From an uncultured bacterium (GTDB taxonomy: Bacteria; Fidelibacterota; UBA2242), in NCBI GenBank assembly GCA_964588795.1, contig CAZPQN010000005.1, forward strand, positions 11,109 to 75,108: 64,000 nt of DNA, given 5' to 3'. Positions 58,369-64,000 of the stretch are shown here, one piece after another (within the stretch, counting starts at the first letter, position 1; each line of letters starts with the position of its first letter). The translations under genes were made by a program, and so were the position numbers. Below the pieces are notes generated by a model, which made no database searches, had not been told where the DNA came from, and was given only the letters and a program-made list of their open reading frames with translations.

Positions 58369-59103
58369 TTACTGCAACTGACGCTTTTCGAGTTTGAACA
58401 CCATCTTCCCGAAATTGGCGTCACTCTCGATCATTACCGGAAGCCGGAGAGTATCAGCGCTGATGTAGAGCGTCAGACGGGTCTGATTTTTAAATAACTT
58501 CCCTTCCTCAAGATACGGTTCTAAGACAAAACATTTGAATTCCCCGGCCGGCACCGCAATGGGAGCGATTTTGTGGATGACGACGTTGAATAATTTGAAT
58601 TTGTTGTTGTCAAAATTATTTAACTTGATGATCCGGCCGATTTTCAATTGCTCGGCGCGCACGCAATAAATTACCGACAGGGCATCGTGAATCCTGCCGC
58701 TGATTTTCAGCGTATCCTGGTTAGTGATGGCGCGGCTATTGACGTAATCGAAAACCACTGCATAATCTTTGCGGTACTTGCCTTCCCTCAAACTTTTGGT
58801 GAAACGGCGTGAATACAGACCCTGTACGTCAATCCAGGATTCGATCTGGTCGCGAATCTTGTATATTTTATCGAAAATCAAACCCGTTTCGGTCACCGAC
58901 ATTACATGATAGGTCGGGGAGCCGTCCACAACAACGATGTCCTTGATGGTCGTCTCCGAGGAGCCGATCCTGACAAAATTCAACCAAACCGAGTAGGTGA
59001 GCTTTTCTCCGGTTAAAAAACGGCTCGGCACCTGCGCGGAGAGCACAGTCGTCACCAGCAGACTAACGCCGATCAGTTTGAGAGTGCGCCGCCGGTCGTT
59101 CAC
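58369..59103 (-). CDS. DUF3108-like secreted protein
   Basis: Signal peptide. GEKLTYSVWLNFVRIGSSETTI... and the overall beta-rich pattern resemble DUF3108. Called from memory of the family pattern only. Confidence 0.5.
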   Translation of the reverse strand: MNDRRRTLKLIGVSLLVTTVLSAQVPSRFLTGEKLTYSVWLNFVRIGSSETTIKDIVVVDGSPTYHVMSVTETGLIFDKIYKIRDQIESWIDVQGLYSRRFTKSLREGKYRKDYAVVFDYVNSRAITNQDTLKISGRIHDALSVIYCVRAEQLKIGRIIKLNNFDNNKFKLFNVVIHKIAPIAVPAGEFKCFVLEPYLEEGKLFKNQTRLTLYISADTLRLPVMIESDANFGKMVFKLEKRQLQ

Positions 59104-59888
59104 ACTGTTTTCTTCCCCGATAAAAAACCTTTAACCATTTTACGACGGGAACGCTTCTGGATTGCACGCCGCAAAGCTTTTCGATTGGCGGCTACTTCTA
59201 TTTCATCGTACGCCCGCAACAAAAGATCCCAGCCACAGGCGGCGTGCTCGGCATCCAGATGGCACTGACACACATTCATTCTGGCGAGGTCCTGCATACG
59301 TGCGCGACGCGACAAATGGAGTTTGCGTTTAAGACGATTGAGATCAATCAGTACGATGTTATCCGGTTGCGCATTGGCAACTAAAAAGTTACCAAGCGTC
59401 AAATCGTTATGTATCAACCGCGCCTGATGGATTTTACGCACCATTTGCGCCATATGTCGGATAATGGCGGAACGTTCTTGAAAGGAAGTTTCGGGTTGGC
59501 GCAATTTTTTGCGGGCCGCAGCATAGTCGGCGATTTTTTCGGTTATCAGAAAATTGACTACAATAAAGCCCCAGCGGCGGAGAGTGCAGGCGGCCAGCGG
59601 ACGGGGCACGCCTACCCCATGGGTGAGTAACCAGTGTGAGGCGTCCCAGGATTTTTTCGCGCGGGAACGCATCAGCGGGCTGAGCAGGCGGGAAAGCGTA
59701 TTGCGCCAGCCAAAATGTTTGATGACTACCGCCTGGGTATTTCCATCAATTGTCAGGTCGATTTCGGCGACAATATTCACCTTATCTTTATGCACATGCC
59801 GGGCATGGCGGGAGATCCATTCCCGGTCACCCAACTGCCGTATCTGTTCGGTGGTCAATGCGATGCCATGCACAGCTTGGTAGATCAT
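59100..59888 (-). CDS. Lipopolysaccharide kinase (Kdo/WaaP/InaA) family protein
   Basis: Protein-kinase-like motifs VVIKHF, LIHNDLTLGNFLV and LIDLNR. 4-nt overlaps with both neighbours. Confidence 0.75.
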   Translation of the reverse strand: MIYQAVHGIALTTEQIRQLGDREWISRHARHVHKDKVNIVAEIDLTIDGNTQAVVIKHFGWRNTLSRLLSPLMRSRAKKSWDASHWLLTHGVGVPRPLAACTLRRWGFIVVNFLITEKIADYAAARKKLRQPETSFQERSAIIRHMAQMVRKIHQARLIHNDLTLGNFLVANAQPDNIVLIDLNRLKRKLHLSRRARMQDLARMNVCQCHLDAEHAACGWDLLLRAYDEIEVAANRKALRRAIQKRSRRKMVKGFLSGKKTV

Positions 59889-60928
59889 CGTTTATCCCAG
59901 GTGCGCATTAAGCTGAGGACTTGCCATTTGCGGAATAGATTCAAGGGTTTGCGCCGCAGTTTGTGCCATTGTCCTGTGTGCAGAAATTCTTCTGCGGCGG
60001 CGATTACCCGTCGGCTGTTATCGCAGTCACGATAGGGATGTATTTGAGCCATCACCAGGCGGCGCTGAGCGGATAGTTGTTGCGGATGGGTTCGGCAGGC
60101 ATCCAACGCTGGTCGCAGGTCGGCACTGCGTAAAACATTTAAACCTTTTTCCAGCCGCACCCGCGCGCCGATGGTAATCACCGGCTTATCCAGTAGCAGG
60201 AATTCATAGACAATAGATGACGTATCGGAAACCAAAATATCTGCAGCCTGTAACAGGGGCACATTGTCGTAGCCTTCAATAATCCGGAACGAATCGCGGG
60301 ACAGGTTTTGGAAAAACCTCTGCTCTTTCACCGGCATGAGATCGTGAAACTTGATGAGCCATATTTCATCCGGTCGGGGCAGGGTTGGCAAAACCGGACG
60401 AATGATATCCGTCGACTTGAATTTGGGGCTGAAGGTTGGGGCATACAGTACGATTTTATGTTCGGCATTTAGTCCAAGGCGCTGACAAAGCGCCCGGCGC
60501 TCATACGGGGCCAGGATACTGTCCACCTTTGGCCAACCGGTTTCCTGGACGGCAAAATGTCCCCAGTGCGCGGCAAGCTGTTGAAAACGGCTGGTAATCA
60601 GCGGGCCGCTCGTGCAATAGAGGTCGAAAAAACCCGTGATTTTGTAATGCCCGCCCTTTTCCTCGCACAGCCCATGGAAAATCTGCACCTTTAAGCCAGG
60701 CAGGCGGTACGGGATGACATTGCCGGGTACAAATACAATGTCAGGGCAGAAATGACAGGCTTCTGTGAATGAACTCGTAACAGCGACTTCGAAATCCACC
60801 AAATGTTTCAGTCGGGGCGGGACAAATAACAACGACTCACCTGCGCCTCGTCTCCGAACTTCGGCGATCAATGGCTTAACTACACTAAGCGAGTAACCCT
60901 GCGTAACAAAATGCACAAAGCGGGTCAT
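59885..60928 (-). CDS. CDP-glycerol glycerophosphotransferase (TagB/TagF) family protein
   Basis: FHGLCEEKG, VLYAPTFSPK and ILVSDTSSIVYEFLLLDKPVI. Confidence 0.7.
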   Translation of the reverse strand: MTRFVHFVTQGYSLSVVKPLIAEVRRRGAGESLLFVPPRLKHLVDFEVAVTSSFTEACHFCPDIVFVPGNVIPYRLPGLKVQIFHGLCEEKGGHYKITGFFDLYCTSGPLITSRFQQLAAHWGHFAVQETGWPKVDSILAPYERRALCQRLGLNAEHKIVLYAPTFSPKFKSTDIIRPVLPTLPRPDEIWLIKFHDLMPVKEQRFFQNLSRDSFRIIEGYDNVPLLQAADILVSDTSSIVYEFLLLDKPVITIGARVRLEKGLNVLRSADLRPALDACRTHPQQLSAQRRLVMAQIHPYRDCDNSRRVIAAAEEFLHTGQWHKLRRKPLNLFRKWQVLSLMRTWDKR

Positions 60929-62022
60929 CGATGGTTCAACCTCGCTTTTAAATCAGCCGCTACGCGATGCGCCGCAGATCCATCTACTACACCCAACAGC
61001 CGTTGGCGCTTTTCCAACTCCAGGGGACGCATGCTTTCACGCCGCGTCAAAGCCTGGTGGATAACGCTCTTCAAATCACCCGGTTGTGTGCAATGCCATG
61101 CAAAGTCCAGCTCCTGTCGAATAACGTTATCCATCCGCTGATTTTCGAAGCGGCGGCGGAACAGCCGGTGCTTCCAGCGCAACTTTACGAAATCCGCCAA
61201 AATCACCGGTTGGCCAGTCGCCAGATACTCGATTGCAGTCGAAGAAGCCTCGGTCAGCAGTAAATCACTCAACTGGAAAAACGGGATGATGTTATAATCA
61301 TTCACCTCCGCGATGCGTACATGGGCATAATTCTCAGCCAGACTGCGGCACAAGCGCGCCTGGTGACGATACTTCGGCATCAACCAGGCAAAATGGTGCA
61401 ATTTGATAATGAGGTTGCAATCCGCAGTTTGCCGGGCGACCTGTTCTCCGAATACTTCAATGGAGCTGGGATAAAACGTCGGCGCGTACAAGACCGTCGG
61501 TTTGGCTTCCACGAGGCGCAATTTATTTTCGTATTCCTCTTTCAAAGACCGGTCGAACAGCAAGTCCAGCTTCGGAAAACCGGTTACAACCGTCGGTGTC
61601 GGAATACCACGCCGCTGTAATTCCGTTTGGCGATAATCACTCTCGACATAGCGGACATCGAAGCGCGGATTGTAATCGGTATAGTAGCAGGCTTTGAAAC
61701 CAATTCCATGATAAAGTAAAACCGCCAGCGTATCCGGCGTGCATAGTTTTTCAATATGAGAACTTTTACCGAAAACCGTGACTGCGAAATTCCTTTTGAG
61801 AATCGCCTGACGCCGTTCCTTTTCGTTTCTGGCAGAGAGGAACTGCCAATCGGTCGCCCGGATAACCGATTCAATTAACTTGTAATCCAGGGCGTTGCCC
61901 GATCGCGGCGCAGTAAACCACACCTCAAAACCATCTTCGTCAGTCAATGCCCGTGCAACCGGCAGAAATTGCGGCAGATAGTACAAATGATGCACATAGA
62001 AAAGGACTTTGCGTCGGCTCAT
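60925..62022 (-). CDS. CDP-glycerol glycerophosphotransferase (TagB/TagF) family protein
   Basis: YHGIGFK, VLYAPTFYPS and LLLTEASSTAIEYLATGQPVI. Confidence 0.7.
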   Translation of the reverse strand: MSRRKVLFYVHHLYYLPQFLPVARALTDEDGFEVWFTAPRSGNALDYKLIESVIRATDWQFLSARNEKERRQAILKRNFAVTVFGKSSHIEKLCTPDTLAVLLYHGIGFKACYYTDYNPRFDVRYVESDYRQTELQRRGIPTPTVVTGFPKLDLLFDRSLKEEYENKLRLVEAKPTVLYAPTFYPSSIEVFGEQVARQTADCNLIIKLHHFAWLMPKYRHQARLCRSLAENYAHVRIAEVNDYNIIPFFQLSDLLLTEASSTAIEYLATGQPVILADFVKLRWKHRLFRRRFENQRMDNVIRQELDFAWHCTQPGDLKSVIHQALTRRESMRPLELEKRQRLLGVVDGSAAHRVAADLKARLNHR

Positions 62023-62061
62023 TGCGGATCCGCCATGTCAGGCAACCCGTTCGGGTTCAGA

Positions 62062-62799
62062 TTACTCGTCGCGGCAGATAATCTGGGGCAAAATCTGGCG
62101 GCGGGCTTTCTCCAAATCTTCGGGAAAATCAATTTCGATAACGGGAACATCACTGATATCCACGGAATGCATGGCATGCTTTTCTAAAATCCGGTCAACT
62201 GCTGCCTCGAAAAAGGACATGCTCTGACCTTCCTGGATGACTTCTTCCAGGCTATGCGCGAAATCTACAGTAAGCTCGGCTCCGAATTTGGCAATCCCCA
62301 CAAATTCGCCCAAACATTCCGCGGGATTAAGTTTCTTGCCGATGCGCAGGATGCGTTGGTCGGCGTCAACAATGACCTTGACTTCCTCCTCGCCACAGGT
62401 CTTGATTTCAATTCCTAACGCCGTGCTGTACGGCGCTGATAGCAGTCGCTGTACCAGATGATGGTGGAAAATTACATCGGCATTGCAATACACAAAATCT
62501 TCCGCCAGAAAAAAATCCCGCGCCAGCCAGAGCGAGTAAACCGTATTGGTCGTCGCGTACTGTGGATTCTCCAAATAATTGAGGGTCATATTTTTATATG
62601 TTGTGCCGAAGATTTGCATGATCTGCTCTTTGAGATAGCCGACCACAAGCAACGCTTCTCCGACGCCATAACGTTCCAGCGCGTCTAATTGATGCTCCAA
62701 GATGCACCGGTCGCCGATTTTCAGCAGGGATTTGTGGATCGTGTTCGTCAGGGGCGCCAGACGGCGTGCCGCTCCGGCGGCGAGGATGACTGCTTTCAT
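62062..62799 (-). CDS. Sugar/alcohol-phosphate nucleotidyl(cytidylyl)transferase
   Basis: MKAVILAAGAARRLAPLT is the GxGxR(L) NTP-transferase signature. 245 aa. The substrate is not deducible by eye. Confidence 0.75.
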   Translation of the reverse strand: MKAVILAAGAARRLAPLTNTIHKSLLKIGDRCILEHQLDALERYGVGEALLVVGYLKEQIMQIFGTTYKNMTLNYLENPQYATTNTVYSLWLARDFFLAEDFVYCNADVIFHHHLVQRLLSAPYSTALGIEIKTCGEEEVKVIVDADQRILRIGKKLNPAECLGEFVGIAKFGAELTVDFAHSLEEVIQEGQSMSFFEAAVDRILEKHAMHSVDISDVPVIEIDFPEDLEKARRQILPQIICRDE

Positions 62800-62922
62800 T
62801 GCGATTTCCTTTGCCTACAAATTCTAATCATTTTAAATAAATCAGATTCTGTTGAAAATTAGCCCAAATCCTTCAATCCGCCAAGCCTGTCCTTTCCAAA
62901 TCGGGTAACGCCGGTTCGGAGA

Positions 62923-63966
62923 TCAAGGCAGACGAGCCCCGACTGAATTGATAAAGTTGACGGCGCGTTCGGTGGCTTTGCCGTCTAAAAAATAGAAACA
63001 ATTTTGGCGGACCTCAGCAATGGACGCTTTAAAGGTAGCGTTTGTCAGACTGCTCTCGATGACCTTTAAAATATTATCTTGGGATATGTCGAACTCCCGC
63101 CCGCACCGCTTGATATTGAATTTCTCCTCCGCAGGCCTGACATCAGCGCTGTTAATTTTGTTGAATATCAAGGGTCGGTCCATGATTAAAAAATCGTACA
63201 TGATCGAAGAGGAATCAGAAATCAGCAAATCCGCCAGGATTATGTTATCGATGCTGTTCATAATCGCATCATTGACAAAATAGACATTGGTTATTCTATG
63301 TTCCCGGCAATAATCCTGAACAATTTGCACATTATGGTTATCGTTAATGTGATTGCGGATCAGCAGGTTGTATTGCAGGGGAATTTGATCGCAAAATAAT
63401 TTATAATGACTCATTAAAGTGCCCCCGCCCCATTTCCAGGTTGGTGCAAAAAGAATATTTAACCGGCCGTTATCAGGAATACCCGCCTGGCGCAAAAGCT
63501 CCGTCCGATCATATTGGCGGTTAATAATTTTATCGAATCGCAGATAGCCGATTTCAACCAACTGGGCGGGTTTCAGCTCAATGGCGTTTTCCCGACAGGC
63601 TCTCAACAGTTTCTGCTTATCTTTTTCGCCCGGCAGCATCCAGTAGTCCCAGTGATCGAACATTGGAGGAAACTCCTTTTTTCCACCCCCCACCTTATAG
63701 CGTTTATCGCCGACACCATGGTAAAACTGAAAGGTAAAAAACCGGCGCTCCGCACGGGGAGGAATTGGCCACATCGAAGTACAAATCAAAAACTGTAAAT
63801 CCCGGGGGAAAGGGCCTAAGTAAAAATGCCGGATGGATTCCGCCGCACTTCCCGGAAAAAGGATGGCTATTTGTCGAAAAAAATCCTCCAGATCGCGCAT
63901 TTTGGGTAAAAGGTGATTTTTCCAAGTCCGAAAGGGATATGGTGCCCCAAGGCGATTTTTATGCAT
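62923..63966 (-). CDS. CDP-glycerol glycerophosphotransferase (TagB/TagF) family protein, lower-GC paralog
   Basis: YHGVGDK, ILFAPTWKWGG and LLISDSSSIMYDFLIMDRPLIF. Hand-counted GC is about 32-48% per 60-nt line, against about 50-58% elsewhere. Confidence 0.7.
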   Translation of the reverse strand: MHKNRLGAPYPFRTWKNHLLPKMRDLEDFFRQIAILFPGSAAESIRHFYLGPFPRDLQFLICTSMWPIPPRAERRFFTFQFYHGVGDKRYKVGGGKKEFPPMFDHWDYWMLPGEKDKQKLLRACRENAIELKPAQLVEIGYLRFDKIINRQYDRTELLRQAGIPDNGRLNILFAPTWKWGGGTLMSHYKLFCDQIPLQYNLLIRNHINDNHNVQIVQDYCREHRITNVYFVNDAIMNSIDNIILADLLISDSSSIMYDFLIMDRPLIFNKINSADVRPAEEKFNIKRCGREFDISQDNILKVIESSLTNATFKASIAEVRQNCFYFLDGKATERAVNFINSVGARLP

Positions 63967-64000
63967 CCGCCAAGTCAGAAATTTGCCCCCGATTGCCTGC

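Overview
Densely coding 64-kb window with an apparently ordinary chromosomal backbone. I saw no transposase, integrase, phage gene, CRISPR array or recognisable defence system. The organism looks diderm: there is an Omp85-type barrel, a T9SS C-terminal sorting domain, a GWxTD protein, an LPS-kinase-like gene and lipoboxes. That combination suggests an FCB-superphylum-like bacterium, but this is inference only. GC is about 50-58% by hand count of sample lines.

Contents in order:
- Partial HExxH protein (1-621).
- An 8-gene succinate-to-propionate operon: split methylmalonyl-CoA mutase, MeaB, epimerase and a four-subunit Na+-pumping methylmalonyl-CoA decarboxylase (916-7951).
- An envelope gene string: PlpD-like patatin-Omp85, Pro-rich Cys/His/Asp protein, DUF554 and PspC (8044-12799).
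- A tightly coupled 5-gene operon of Tat-signal DUF362, a NapH-NapG-like polyferredoxin fusion, a lipoprotein, the AmmeMemoRadiSam radical SAM enzyme and a Memo-AMMECR1 fusion (12972-18504).
- A membrane spermidine-synthase-like protein paired with an FGE-fold protein.
- A glycan block: pullulanase, GH13, T9SS phosphodiester glycosidase, a large-cap HAD protein and GH38.
- Housekeeping genes: recN, nnr, tRNA-Leu, secG, tpiA, pgk, comF-like, ROK, smc, HIT and rsmE.
- A second DUF362-ferredoxin protein, and a triple-PAS protein with a Cys4 tail.
- C69 dipeptidase and an amidohydrolase.
- A roughly 770-bp non-coding island holding tRNA-Met, an interrupted half-tRNA copy and 29-nt tandem repeats.
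- FGGY kinase and an alpha/beta hydrolase.
- A TagF-like x3, cytidylyltransferase and LPS-kinase envelope-polymer cluster.

The best candidate for an undescribed system is the 12972-18504 operon. It appears to be an extracytoplasmic AmmeMemoRadiSam set wired to a quinol/ferredoxin conduit.

All calls rest on reading the translated ORFs, motifs and hand-folded RNAs. No searches were run.
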